64,000 nt of DNA from NCBI GenBank assembly GCA_051294375.1, contig JBJCIZ010000239.1, forward strand, positions 3,886,402 to 3,950,401. Reading direction: 5' to 3'. The notes below the pieces were generated by a model, which ran no database searches, was not told where the DNA came from, and saw only the letters and a program-made list of their open reading frames with translations. This document shows, piece after piece, positions 12,909 to 26,713 of the stretch (within the stretch, counting starts at the first letter, position 1; each line of letters begins with the position of its first letter). The DNA is from Paraspadella gotoi. Lineage: Eukaryota > Animalia > Chaetognatha. A program made the position numbers and the translations under genes.

Positions 12909-13877
12909 AAGAGGATGGTCATAAGAAGAAGTCGATTCAACGCACAGCATCAACAATCTTTCTTACATGTCCAATTTCCCGCCCCCGCGCCATTTATTCT
13001 CTCCTTCTCTCTCCATGATTCTCTCTCATTCGTTACTTCTCTCGTCTCGATCTCTGCTTCTCTTTCGCTCTCTCTGCCGCATCTCTCTCATTTGCCTCTC
13101 TCTCTTCTCTCGTCTCTTCTCTCTTCTCTCTCACTCGCTCTCTCTGCTGCTCTCTCTCTCTCNNNNNNNNNNNNNNNNNNNNNNNNNAACTGCGACAATT
13201 TTACGCAAACGTTTTTAAAGGATGTGGCTTTTGGCGGGAAAGAAATAAATGTTTCGCTTGTCTCTCCGTCTCTTTGTCCGTCCGTCCGTTCGTCCGGCTG
13301 TCAGTCGAACGGTGGGTCCTTCTGCTGTTTTGTCGTTGATTCAGTTTTAAAAGTTTATTAAATTGTCAATTATGGCTTTCATAATTATACGATGATCAAA
13401 CTTTTTTTTTATGAATCTAACCTTTCATTTGTTTTCACAAATTTGGAGTTTTTTTCTAATATCTTTCATTTGTCTTTTGCTTATTATTTTCACTTTGCAC
13501 GTTTACGTCTATCGCCGCCGCCCTTGAACTGGCGCTGCGATCTTTGACCCGAATAATCGGCGCCCTCATCTTAACGTCAACGACAACGACGACGAAGACG
13601 ACGACGACAACGAAGACAACGACCATGAGGTCCCGAGATCGATCCCCAGTGAAAACTATCGCAACGGAAGCCTAACCTTGTAGGCTAAGGCGGAATAAAG
13701 TAAAAACTAAGAGTTCTGTAATATAAATAACGTTAGAGCATCCCTGTGGGATAATGAAATTGAAAAAAAATTTAGATTTTATATATAGTTAATAACATAG
13801 AAGCATTTAAAGTTTATCCTATTACTATAAATCATCAAACGGATCATCAAACGGATTCGGGTAGAGATTAAAAAAAT

Positions 13878-14665
13878 AAATAAAAAAATATTATTACAAG
13901 ATTTCCAAATTTTTTTGTTTTATAGCTTAAAATTAGCAAAAACTATAAAAATTATGGTACGACGATGATGATGATGATTTTAAAGAGTTTTTCCATTATT
14001 TGACCCACATATCATCGAAATATTATACTTTGTGTAGACAACATTTTAAGGGCTATCTGAATCCGTTCTTAAAAAATAAAATTTTTATAAAAACATTTTT
14101 TCATTGCCTATGCATTGATAAATATTTACATGCTTCAATGTTATACTGTGCTTCGCTAGTTAAAAAAAGTGACAGTAAATATTGATTAAGTATATGATGG
14201 AGAAATGAATTTTATATTACAGAACTCTTAATGATAAAAAGTGATCATTTTGGCCGCGCCCTATTGTAGGCGCGGAAACCCCCGAAACCTGGATCAAGCC
14301 AAGGAACCGTTCCATGGCTGCTAGAGGCGGTTAAAAGAAGTTCTTCAGCCCTCCTCCGTCCACCTTTGCGTATCAACCCTTTTAACGATTCCTAAAGAGC
14401 AGTACGTTATAACTAAAAGTACTGAGAAACATTTTTCAATTTTTGAAAAAAAAAAAAAAAGAAAATTAACGCGAGAGATTTAAGTCGAAACGGATTCATA
14501 AGATTGTGAGATTTGTAAGATTTATGCGACGAAAAATGTATGCCACCCAACATTTTTTTTTCTTCTGTAAAATAATAAACATCGAAAAAAGATGTTGCAA
14601 TACAGCTGTCGCCTCTCTCACGCTCTCTCTCGACCGCTCTCTCTCTCTCTCTTTCTCTGTCTCTG

Positions 14666-14733
<68 letters not shown>

Positions 14734-14792
14734 TCCTTCTCTCCTCTTCACACATTTTCTAATTTTCTTTACTTACTCCCTTTCTTATATTC

Positions 14793-14835
<43 letters not shown>

Positions 14836-14852
14836 TCTCTCTCTCTCTCTCT

Positions 14853-14915
<63 letters not shown>

Positions 14916-15004
14916 ACTGTTACATTGTTACTGTGCTAACATTCACATTTTGAGCATAATAAATCAATCAATCAATCAATCTCTCTCTCTTCTCTCTCTC
15001 TCTC

Positions 15005-15039
<35 letters not shown>

Positions 15040-15914
15040 TCTTTTTCTCTCCTCTCTCCGGATCCCTTTTTCCACCCTCCCTCCTTTCTTTTTTTCCCCC
15101 CCTCTCTTTTTTTCCCTTCATCCCTCCCCGAGAGAGAGAGAGAGGAGCGGTGTTTTTCATTTCTTCTCCCCCCCTCCGCTTAGGTGGCAAATAACCTGCT
15201 CTACAGTTTTTTTTTTCACATTTACTTGAATATCTTCTCTTCGAACCGCGTAGCGCCGTTTCCTGCCCTCTCTTTCCCTCCCTACCTCCGTTCTTCCTCT
15301 TCCTCCTTCTCCTCCCCATCCGTTAAAAGTCTTTTGATAGTTGGACGGTGTAGTTATAATTAAATAAGAAACGAAAAAAAAATGTTTTAANNNNNNNNNN
15401 NNNNNNNNNNNNNNNCGAAAACCGTCGAGAGACGAAAATATAAACGTAATAATTTTTTCATTATTTATTTATTTTTTTTTTTTTTTTGGAAAACTTAAAA
15501 CATTTTTTTTTTTTTCTTTATTTAATTATAACTACACCGTCCAAACTATCAAAAGACTTTTAACGGTATGGGGTGGGGAGAGAGAAGGGCAGAGGAAGAA
15601 CGGAGGTAGGAGGGAAAGAGAGGGCAAGGAAACGGCGCTACGCGGTTCGAAGAGAGAGATAATTCAAGTAAATGTGAAAAAAAACCTGTAGAGATTATTG
15701 CACCTAAGCGGAGGGGGGAGGATAAGTGTTCGGGGAGGGAGAGGGAGAGAGGGGGGAGAAAGGAGGATGGAGGGATCGGAGAGGGAGAGAGAAGAGAGAG
15801 AGAGAGAGAGAAGAGAGAAGAGAGAGAGAGAGCAGAGAGAGAGAGAGAGATTGATTGATTGATTGATTTATTATGCTCAAAATGTGAATGTTAGCACAGT
15901 AACAATGTAACAGT

Positions 15915-15969
<55 letters not shown>

Positions 15970-15971
15970 TG

Positions 15972-16037
<66 letters not shown>

Positions 16038-16096
16038 GAATATAAGAAAGGGAGTAAGTAAAGAAAATTAGAAAATGTGTGAAGAGGAGAGAAGGA

Positions 16097-16164
<68 letters not shown>

Positions 16165-16958
16165 CAGAGACAGAGAAAGAGAGAGAGAGAGAGCGGTCGA
16201 GAGAGAGCGTGAGAGAGGCGACAGCTGTATTGCAACATCTTTTTTCGATGTTTATTATTTTACAGAAGAAAAAAAAATGTTGGGTGGCATACATTTTTCG
16301 TCGCATAAATCTTACAAATCTCACAATCTTATGAATCCGTTTCGACTTAAATCTCTCGCGTTAATTTTCTTTTTTTTTTTTTTTCAAAAATTGAAAAATG
16401 TTTCTCAGTACTTTTAGTTATAACGTACTGCTCTTAGGAATCGTTAAAAGGGTTGATACGCAAAGGTGGACGGAGGAGGGCTGAAGAACTTCTTTTAACC
16501 GCCTCTAGCAGCCATGGAACGGTTCCTTGGCTTGATCCAGGTTTCGGGGGTTTCCGCGCCTACAATAGGGCGCGGCCAAAATGATCACTTTTTATCATTA
16601 AGAGTTCTGTAATATAAAATTCATTTCTCCATCATATACTTAATCAATTATTTACTGTCACTTTTTTTAACTAGCGAAGCACAGTATAACATTGAAGCAT
16701 GTAAATATTTATCAATGCATAGGCAATGAAAAAATGTTTTTATAAAAATTTTATTTTTAAGAACGGATTCAGATAGCCCTTAAAATGTTGTCTACACAAA
16801 GTATAATATTTCGATGATATGTGGGTCAAATAATGGAAAAAACTCTTTAAAATCATCATCATCATCGTCGTACCATAATTTTTATAGTTTTGCTAATTTT
16901 AAGCTACTAAAACAAAAAAATTTGGAAATCTAGTAATAATATTTTTTTATTTATTTTT
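13878..16958. repeat. Inverted duplication (about 13878-15390 vs about 15496-16958) around a 25-N gap
   Basis: Arms are reverse complements (identical spurious ORFs on opposite strands at 14413-14751 and 16079-16417); N at 15391-15415. Confidence 0.85.
14251..14345 (+). mobile_element. Internal fragment related to the 10545 element (inverted copy at about 16488-16580)
   Basis: GGCGCGGAAACCCCCGAAACCTGGATCAAGCCAAGGAA...TGGCTGCTAGAGGCGGTTAAAA aligns with 10715-10788. Confidence 0.55.
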
Positions 16959-18065
16959 TAGTCGGATCTGCTTATCAGCAGATCCCGACTCTATAACTCA
17001 CTTTAATAACTCAACTTTTTCGGTCCGTCGGTCCGCCCCCTCAATATTGTCGGGCACCACTTATATCATGTCAGAACATCGAATTATGATAAATTATGCA
17101 AAAAAAATGATGTCCGTCCGTCCGTCTGTCCGTCCGTCCGTCCGTCCGTCCGTCCGTCCCACCTTAGCAAAAAACACCAATTACTCGTGATTGGATGGAT
17201 GGATTTAAATGAAATTTTGTGTGTGGATAGGTAAGTGTGTGATTGAGCTGAATATTAAGTTTCGATGGAATCGCTTCCGAGTGGAATGAGTTTAAATGGA
17301 AAAAAAAACCAAAAAAATATATTCACTATTGAACACCAATTGCTCATGAGTGGAATGGGCTGATTGACCTGAGAATTTTGTAGTGCGTAGGAAAGTGTGT
17401 GATTGACAGGAATACAAGTTTCGATGGAATAGTTTGATGGAAATGAGTTTAAATGGAAAAAAACAAAAAACCTGTTTTACTAATTGGATTATGCTCTTTT
17501 TCCTTTTATATTAAATGTATCTGCAGGATGTATTAATAAATCAAATAATTAATCAGATTAATTAATCAATTAAGTAAATAAATTAATCAATAATTAATTA
17601 ATTAGTCAATCAATCCGCCCATCCGTCCCATCTTAGCAAAAGCTCCAATAACCGTTATTGGCTGGTTGGATTGGAATTAAATTTTGTGTGTGGGTAGGAA
17701 AGTGTGTGATAAAGCTGGATAAAAATTCGATGGAATCGTGTGAGTGGAAATTAGTTTAAATGGAAAAAACATAAGTCGAATTTACTAAAATCTTTTACTT
17801 ATTTTTAACCATAAATACTCCAATTAATCATAATTGGATGGATAGATTGAGTAGAAATTTTGTGTGTGGGTAGGAAACGTAATGACGAAGCTTGATATAA
17901 AGTTTCAGGGAAACGTACCAGTGGAAATGAGATTAAATGAAAAAATATGAGTCACATTTACTTGAATCTTTTTTATTATTTTAACCCATGATAGATTGAG
18001 ATGAAATTTTGTGAGCGGTAGGAAAGTGAGTGGAAGAAGCTAGATATAAAGTTTTGACGGAATGC
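16953..18065 (+). mobile_element. HINE of the same family as 11036-11585, carrying an internal array of ~160-175-bp units; 3' end not found
   Basis: Starts TTTTAGTCGGATCTGCTTATCAGCAGATCCCGAC, then GTCC microsatellite. Units beginning CCAAT...TGGATGGAT...GAAATTTTGTG...GGAAAGTG at about 17177, 17336, 17645, 17820, with a partial unit near 17990. Confidence 0.7.
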
Positions 18066-18254
18066 AGTTGAAAAAAATTATGAAAAGGTTGAAAAAAATG
18101 ATGCAAGTTAAAAAAATCTTTAAAAGCCATAAGGGATCGTCGCTATTGCATAAAAAAGAGAGAGAGAGAGAGAGAAAGAGAGAGTGAGAGAGAGAGAGTG
18201 AGAGAGAAAGAGAGAGAGTGAGGAGAGAGAGAAGGAGACATTAAAAAAAAAAAT

Positions 18255-21040
18255 CTAAAAAAAAAAATGTTTGAAAAAAATCATGCGTTTATAAATATAT
18301 ATTATATATATACAAATCCACATCCGCGAAATGATTATTTTTTTAAAAGTAAACAAACAAAACACTTAAAACAAATGAACATCGATCTTTCTTTTTTTAA
18401 TAATTTCTTTCCCTTAGAATCTTTCTAGCCCGTTATAAAATTTTAATTTCTGTTGTAAAGAAAATCGCGATAAAATTACGAAAGCTACGTATAAAACAAA
18501 ACGAATTAACCATAATACAATAAATTCTTAACAAAACCAAAACAAACAAGAAAATAAATAAAACAAAAAGAATCAAAACAATCAAAACAAAACAAAAGAA
18601 AAATAGAAACGAAAACAGAAAAGGAAAAGAAAAAAAGAAAACGGCTCTCTTTTCCGAGATTTACCCATTTCTGTTCGTTTATCCCAGAATTTAAATTTAA
18701 CTTTAATATTTAATCTTAATATATTTTTAAACTTATAAACCAATCTCTAATCCTAATCCTTAACCCTAATCCCTGACCCAAACCTAATCTAGAACCCTAT
18801 TCCTAAACCCTAATCCTAAATTTTAGTCTTTAACCCTAATCACTAACCCAAATCACAAAACATGTGCCTCACCTTGATCCCTAACCTAACCTCTAACACT
18901 AACCTCTTACCTAAACCTTTAACATTTACTTATTTACGAATTCAGGATAAAATGGGACGTTCTGGGAAAATAAGGCCTCTTCCTCTTCCTTTGAAAACCG
19001 AATGTTTTTAAAACGACCTCAATTATACGGAAATTAAATATAAAAAAAAATAAATAAATAACTTTTTTTTTCGTTTAAAAAGAAAAAAAAGACAAATGAT
19101 TCGAGGATTTCGGAAAAATTTCGTCCTCGATCTTTTCTTCTTTTTTTTTGAGTCGCGATAGCGATTCAGTTTTGATTGTCTTTTTTTTCCAAAGTAAAAA
19201 AAAAATATACATTTATAAATTAAAAATTTAGAATATTTTAAAAATATAATCATATTATCAAATTATGGTTAAAATAAAAAAATATGACTTTTAAAAAATA
19301 TAGTTTTATATCTTATAACTTATTATGATTATTAATTGATTATTATTTTTTAATAGCTAACCTTAAATTATAAAGTGAATGAATGGGCACTTGTTTTAAA
19401 AACCGATATGAATAATTATTATATTCTAAATAATATACTAACAAATAAGTATAATTTTTATAAATAAATATTATTTTTCTATATAATTTTTTCATTTTAT
19501 AAACAAATAATCAAGGTCAAACACCCGATTTGCACTCGGCCACTGGATAAAGTCGCTCTCCACTTTGTCAATGTCAACCTTGTCTTATACCTCCGCCCTC
19601 AGAAAAAAAAAAATTTTTGTTATTAGGAGATTAAATGAAAAAATTATTACGTTTATATTTTCGTCTCTCGACCGGTTTTCCGTAAAAAAAAAAAAATGTT
19701 GAAAAAAATCATTGCGTTTTATAATATATTATATTTAATATATTATACAAAATCCACATTCGCGAATGATTATTTTTTTAAAGTAAACAAACAAAACACT
19801 TAAAACAAATGAACTCGGGATCTTTCTTTTTTTATAATTTCTTTCCCTTAGAATCTTTCTAGCCGTTATAAATTATATTTCTGTTGTAAAGAAAATCGCG
19901 AATAAAATTACGAAAGCTACGTATAAAAAAAACGAATTAACCATAATACATAAATTCTTAACAAACCAAAACAAACAAGAAAATAAATAAAACAAAAAGA
20001 ATCAAAACAATCAAGAACAAAACAAAGAAAAAAATAGAAAACGAAAACAGACAGGAAAGAAAAAAAAGAAAAGGCTCTCTTTTCCGAGATTTCCCATTTC
20101 TGTTCTGTTATCCAGAATTTAAATTTAACTTTAATATTTAATCTTAATATATTTTTAAACTTATAAACCAATCTCTAATCCTAATCCCTTAAACCCTAAT
20201 CCTGACCAAAACCTAATCTAGAACCCTATTCCTAAACCCTAATCCTAATTTTAGTCCTTTAACCCTAATCACTACAATAATCAATATAACATGTGCCTCA
20301 CCTTTCCCTACACTAACCTCTAACACTAACCTCTTACCTAACCTTTAACATTTACTTATTTACGAATTCACGGATAAAATGGGACGCTTCTGGGAAAATA
20401 AGGCCTCTCCCTCCTAAAACCGAATGTTTTTAAACGACCTAATTATACGGAATTAAATATAAAAAAAAATAATAATACATTACTTTTTTTGTTTTAAAAT
20501 AAAGTAAAAAAGACAAATATATCTGAGGATTTCGGGAAAAAATTTCGGTCTCGATCTTTTCTTCTTTTTTTTTTTTTGAGTCGCGATAGCGATCAGTTTG
20601 ATTGTCTCTTTTATTTTCACAAGTAAAAAAAAAATAACATTTATAAATTAAAAATTGAATATTTTAAAAATATAATCATATTATCAAATTAATGGTTAAA
20701 ATAAAAAATATGACTTTAAAAATATAGTTTTATAATCTTATAACTTATTATGATTATTAATTGATTATTATTTTTTAATAGCTAACCTTAAATTATAATA
20801 GTGAATGATATGGGCACTTGTTTTAATAAACGTGATATAATAATTATTATATTCTAATAATATACTAACAATATAAGTATAATTTTTAATAAATAAATAT
20901 TATTTTTCTTATATATTTTTTCATTTTAATAACAAATAATCAAGGTCAAACAACCCCGATTTGCACATCCAGCCACTGGATAAAGTCGCTCTCCACCTTT
21001 GTCAATGTCAACCTTGTCTTATACCTCCGCCTCAGAAAAA
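18255..21040. repeat. Direct duplication (about 18255-19605 and about 19685-21040)
   Basis: Near-identical ~1.35 kb copies differing by 1-bp indels. The linker 19630-19682 is the reverse complement of 15416-15465. Confidence 0.85.
18643..18977 (-). mobile_element. MITE with degenerate TTAGGG-like core (duplicate at 20073-20405)
   Basis: TIRs GGCTCTCTTTTCCGAGATTTACCCATTTC / AAAATGGGACGTTCTGGGAAAATAAGGCC around a CCCTAA/CCTAAC core. Confidence 0.7.
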
Positions 21041-21073
21041 ACAAAAGAGAGAGAAGAAGAGAGAGAGAGAGAG

Positions 21074-21118
<45 letters not shown>

Positions 21119-21992
21119 ATTGAAAGATTGTAGTTAAAAAAAAAAAGTAAAAAAAATAAAAAATTATGTTGGAACTAAAGTTGAGATGTTCAAAAGGACA
21201 TTAGGGGGGAAAGGAGGNNNNNNNNNNNNNNNNNNNNNNNNNGGGGGGAGGCTCAGCGTCGGCGAAGGAAAGGAAATTGAAATAAATCGTTTCAAAGAAA
21301 TTTAAACTCACAAAAAATTCCTGTGAAAAAAAAAAAATTACCCTAATTCGATGGGAATTTTCTTATTTGTGACCTAAAGAGTATTATCACCTTTGAATAA
21401 TAAATATACAACAACTGTTTTCTCGCCCGTCCATGAACTAATTGACTTAATAATATATATCTTTTATTTACGAAATAAAATAAAAGAATTCCATTCTTAA
21501 ACTTTAATTAAGGATATAAATTACTGATCTGACGGTTTTCCTTTTGTTTTGTTGGTAAAAGATTTAAGAAAACAAAAAAAAACAAAAAAATCAAGATTTG
21601 TTTTCTTCAAAAACTGATCATAAAACTTCATATTGTTTACAGGAAAAACCGCTAGCTATGCTCTTACTATAAGTTCTTACAAATATAAACATATAAAACA
21701 TATGTTAACCAATAAAAACGCTCTCGCTCTCGATCTCTCGCTCTCTCTCGCTCTCTCCCTCTCTCTCCCTCCCTTTCTCTCACTCTTTCAAAACAAAACA
21801 AAAAATATGAAATGAATATAAATTAGTTGGGCGAAAAGTTAACTAATAGGTTAATAATAACAAACAAAGTCGAAAGCGAAGACCAACGAGCAAAGGAAAA
21901 AAATTGAATTATCATCGAGCGAAAAAAGAAAAGAAAAGAAAAGAAAAAAAATTATTTCAAACAATGTTGAGTGAACTAACGGAATATTTTAC

Positions 21993-22000
21993 TATTATTA

Positions 22001-22092
<92 letters not shown>

Positions 22093-22108
22093 CATCATTA
22101 TTATTACT
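21993..22108. repeat. (TAT)n microsatellite
   Basis: Long near-perfect TAT run. Confidence 0.95.
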
Positions 22109-23165
22109 AGTATTATTTTATAAAAAAATTTTATTTTAAAAATATTATTTTTATTAATAAATAACAATTAAATTTTGAACAAATTTTGAACCAAAAATAA
22201 TTATCATAAATTTAATTTTTCAAAGTTTTAATATTTCTTATCAAAAAATTCTTAATAAAAATAATTTTAGACGGACAGACAGACCAATAAAGTGACTTAT
22301 AGAGTTGCGTCGTTAACAGAAAAAAAAACAGATCGAAATGAAAAAGAAAATAATGAAATATTGAAAAGTAAACAAAGAGCTACCGGTTGTTAAAAACCGA
22401 TCCGTAAAAGAAAAAGAAAGAGAGAAAAAGAAAAAGCAAGAAAGAGGAATGTTCTTTTTTTTTCGACGACGAACAAGACCGAGAGATGTCTCTCTTGATG
22501 ATATAATTAATATAGCCGATTTTTTTATATTGATTTAAAAATAAAAATTAATAGAAAAATGATATAATCCTAAAATTAGAGTTAACTGCATTAAAAAAAC
22601 AGTTCAATTTTCGTAAAAAAAACAAACTAAACCTAAAAAAAAAATTAAATTATAAAAAAATTAACGAAAATATTTAATTAAATGTACACCATACGAAATA
22701 AAACGGAACTAGCATAAACTGTTTAAAAAAAAAATTACAGAAACAAGTTATCCCTACCATAATGTATACAATTCTAAATAAAAACGTAATTTTCTTGCGG
22801 TGAAATAGTATCATTTGATATCATTAAGACAATTTTAAATTTGTAAATTTGCAGAATTATTGCAATATTGTCTAAAAGATTGTTTAAAAAAAATTATTTT
22901 CCATCACGGTCAGAACGTCCCGACCTTAAGTCGAACACGAAGAAGAATAAAATTTTAGAAAAAAGAAAAGAATTAAGATATTATATATAAATATATTTCG
23001 ATCCTAACGTTTTTAAATCCCAATTAATTTTGGTTTTAATTGTTTATTATTTGTTTGTTTATTTTTTTTCCGAACAAAATTTTCACCTTCTAAATTTTGT
23101 TCGAAAAAGCGAAACCGAACTTTTTTTTTGATAAATCGAGGCTCTCTCTCTCTCGTCTCTCTCTC

Positions 23166-23280
<115 letters not shown>

Positions 23281-23643
23281 CGCTTCATTCGCTTTGACAA
23301 AAAATCAAAACAAACCCCATCTCTCCCCCAAATTACGACCTCGTCATTTTCTTTCTTTCTTTTTTTATTTTCGATTTATTTTTTTTTATAATTTTTTTTT
23401 CAAAAAAAAATATTATTATACCTCATTTTACCTCATTTTTTTTCTTACTTAATTTCTTAACGGCAGTTAAATAATAAATTCGATACGTCATAATCAATAT
23501 TTAATATTTTTTTATCAATATAAAGTATTTTTTTTTAAATTCCTGCAGAGCATAAAAAAAATTATTTATTTTTTTAAATTAACGCGATTCAATTTTTAAA
23601 AATTTCTGCGTTGACCTTCCGAGCTCGCTCATCAATTGTCGGC

Positions 23644-23684
<41 letters not shown>

Positions 23685-25948
23685 TTTCCTCTCTGTAATT
23701 TATTGCGCGTCTCTTACCGAGCCGCGATTTTTTATAAAGCACATAGTTTGAATTTCTTCGAATAAATACTAACTCGATTTTAAAGAGAAGGGGAAAAAAA
23801 AGCAGGGGTAGAGAGAGAGAGAGAGACGAAGCGAGAGAGAGAGAGAGAGACGAGAGCATGAGAGAGAGAGAGACAAAATAGAAAGAAAGAAAAGAAAGAA
23901 AGAAGAAAGAAAGACAAGAAAATGAAAGATAGAAGCGTTAAGATTGTCAAAATCATTATGAATAGAAAGGATAATAAGTGAAGAAGAAAAAAAAAATGAA
24001 ATTGAGAAAACAACAAAAAAAAAGAAAAATGAAGTAAAAAAAAGAAAAAAAGCAAAAAAGTCATTTTCAAATCTTCTTTTTTTTCTTTACGGCCGAAACT
24101 AAAAATAAAGGGCGGGAAAGGGGAGAGAGAGACGAGAGAGAGAGGAGAGAGGAGAGGAGAGAGATGAGAGAGAGAGAGGAGCAGGAGAGAGAAAGAGAGA
24201 GAGAGACGAGAGCCACCTTTTTTTCACTTCTTGTAAAACTAAAAGGGAAAAAAAAGAAGCGAACTTTTTTTTTTTTAATTCGATCCTTCATAAAAACAAA
24301 ACAAAGTTTTTGCCCATTTATTATTATAATTTACCGCGATTAACCGCATAGAACGATTCCACCGGTTCGCTCACCGACTTCTTATTTTTTACAGTAATTT
24401 TTTACCAGGGATCCCCGTGTAACCCTGACGAGATGCCATCGCCTTCAGTTTGTTTTTTTTTTTTTTTAGTTACAAGAATCATAATGTTAGGTAATGTATT
24501 CCAAAAAAATGTAATGAATAAACTAAGATTTTAAGTTTTTATAACAACAAATCTTGCATTAAGAGTGTAAAATCTTATACAAAAAACTATTATCTATTTA
24601 AAAAATTCGATTCATTTATAAAAATGTATACATTTTATTTTTAATCTGTTTGGAAGTAGTTCCAGACAGCTTTGAAGAACTTATATTTTAATATTAAATT
24701 AACTTTTAATTGTCCTTCCAAATTTTATACTGCAAACAAATAAATGAGAGAGGAAAAACGGTTTTTTATTCTCTATCGTAATACAAAATATTAATTATAA
24801 TGTTAATCATCGCCTTAATAATTTTTTTTCAGCTTCGAGAATCTCATATCAGTTTTAAACTCAGTAAACAAAAAAAACCTTGATAAATGAAAAAGAATTT
24901 TGTAAATGGAACTTCAAAAAGCTCTCTAAATTCGTATCGGGTTACAATAAAATGAGCAGAGCTTAAGGATCAATAAAGTATAATTCAAGAATGCGATTTC
25001 AGACGAGAGAGAGAGGAGAGAGAGAGAGAGAGGAGAAGAGAGAGAGAGAACAGAGGGAAAAAATTTAAAGTAAAAAAACCTGGTTTCATCGTTAAAAGTT
25101 CAGACCGGCATAGAGTTAAAAAAAATCAGAGAAAAAAAACTTTAAAGCGTTTAAATTACACGAAAAATGTTTTTTCTCCTTCTTAACGATTTAACTATTT
25201 TTTTTACCACGCTCCTCATTTCCTGATTTTTTTGTTTCATGCGCGGTATTTTTCTAATTATTTTCTCATTATGTTCTACTTTTTTAAATATATATATATG
25301 ACGTCAATTGTTTGATCGCTAAAAATTCGTGTCTCTTTACATCGGTTATGTTTTTATGGGCAACAATTTTTTTTTTAATCTTTGAAAATTTTTTTTTTTA
25401 ATGAAGGATATTTTTGATTTGTTAGATTTTTTTTCTTCAATAATATACCTTTTCATGCTTTTTTAATTTTTATATTGTTCATTTTTTTAAAAATTATTTT
25501 TATAATTTAAGTAAGTTTTTTTCTGTTTCTTTTTCTGCGCCTCTGTCGGTTGATATTAAATTACTACAAACAAAATTTAAAAAAAAATATCCATTAATAT
25601 TAATATATTAATAAATATTAATATGGATAATTAAGCTTCTCGTCTCCCGACTTTATAATTTGACTCTATTCATTTTTCTTTTTATTATTTCTTCTCAAAA
25701 CCATATCACTTTAATTCTTTTTTCTCTCCTTTTTTTTATTTTAATCTATTTCTTCCACCCAACACACACCTCCCTCTTAAACCCAACCCCTCAAAACCGC
25801 CCCCTCTTCCTCCCCCATAGATGAAACCGTGATAAGCTCCTCTTCCTTCTTCGTCAGGAAGCCCCCAAAAAAGGAGGCGTCGCCGCTCCTCCTCACTCTT
25901 TCCCTGCCTCGATACCGCCCTCTTCTCCGCCAAATCCCCGCCTCCATC

Positions 25949-26713
25949 ATGGCGTATACCACCTCCACCCCACCGACGCCTCCCTCGACTCTCCCTCTTC
26001 CTCTTCCTCTTCCTTCTCTCCACATCTGCCAGTGGCGAACGATCGACGCCAAGAGCGGCTACGACTACGGCGCCAACGGCGGGCGCGGCGGCGGCGCCCA
26101 CGGCGCCTCTATCCGCGCTGGGAACCGTAACGGTCGTCTGCCCAGCTTATCAGACACAGAACGCGGAGTCGGGCACGGTTTGTAGTCGGTCATTGCGGAA
26201 AAGTTCAAAACCCGCCAATAAGATGTCACCTTCAGTCGTAACCCGGTTTGCCTCTTCGAGTCAAACCATCAGCTAAAGAGCGTGAGGATGGCCGTAAATC
26301 ACGTTGGAGGACTGGAAAAACCCCAATCGTGGATAGTAGTCTTTCAGCGCAGGTGAACCTAACAAGGCTTCTTCCAGACCTTTAGACGGCTTACAGATCT
26401 CCTCATGCCTCCCGTACGCTAGCTGGCTTTGGGAACAGACCCTTGTGCCTAAAGGTCACAAGCCGATAGCTTTTACTCGTTGAGCAAATATAAGTGGCAT
26501 GCTTATAGGCGGTCGAACTTTCCGCATTGCCCGACTACAGGTTCAACGGACGCTACGACGAACGCGGACAAGGACCCCCCGTCGGGGCTACTACCCCTCC
26601 ACAGCCGGGCGGCGCAACAAACATCAGCCCCTACCCATCTCTTCATGCAGCCCGCGCAAGTCCCAAATCCGGAAACTGCGCCTACTTGGGCCAAGTGCAA
26701 ACCCCTGTTCAGG
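25949..26713 (+). other. Redundant copy of exon 1, intron 1 and start of exon 2 of the VWC gene (probably assembly overlap)
   Basis: Matches 28693-29425 with scattered 1-bp indels; ends at a gap. Confidence 0.7.
26181..26539. mobile_element. TG...CA TIR element with GGTT target-site duplication (second assembly copy of the intron-1 element)
   Basis: GGTT(26177-80)|TGTAGTCGGTCATTGCGGAAAAGTTC ... GAACTTTCCGCATTGCCCGACTACA|GGTT(26540-43). Confidence 0.8.

Noticed and set aside
13620-13710. tRNA/SINE-like GAGGTCCCGAGATCGATCCCC motif (similar at about 10928-10948)
   Set aside because: Only a degenerate B-box; no cloverleaf or A-box, so no tRNA call. At most an old SINE remnant.
17165-18065. Regularly spaced repeats as a CRISPR-like array (also 51585-52240 and 55605-55760)
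   Set aside because: Eukaryotic context, whole units are homologous with no unique spacers, and no cas genes.
18740-18920. CCCTAA-rich tract as a true telomere or chromosome fusion site
   Set aside because: Degenerate, short and always enclosed by the same TIRs; explained as a MITE interior.
25587-25632. AT-rich palindrome upstream of the VWC gene (also about 28330-28375)
   Set aside because: Low complexity; expected by slippage in AT-rich DNA.
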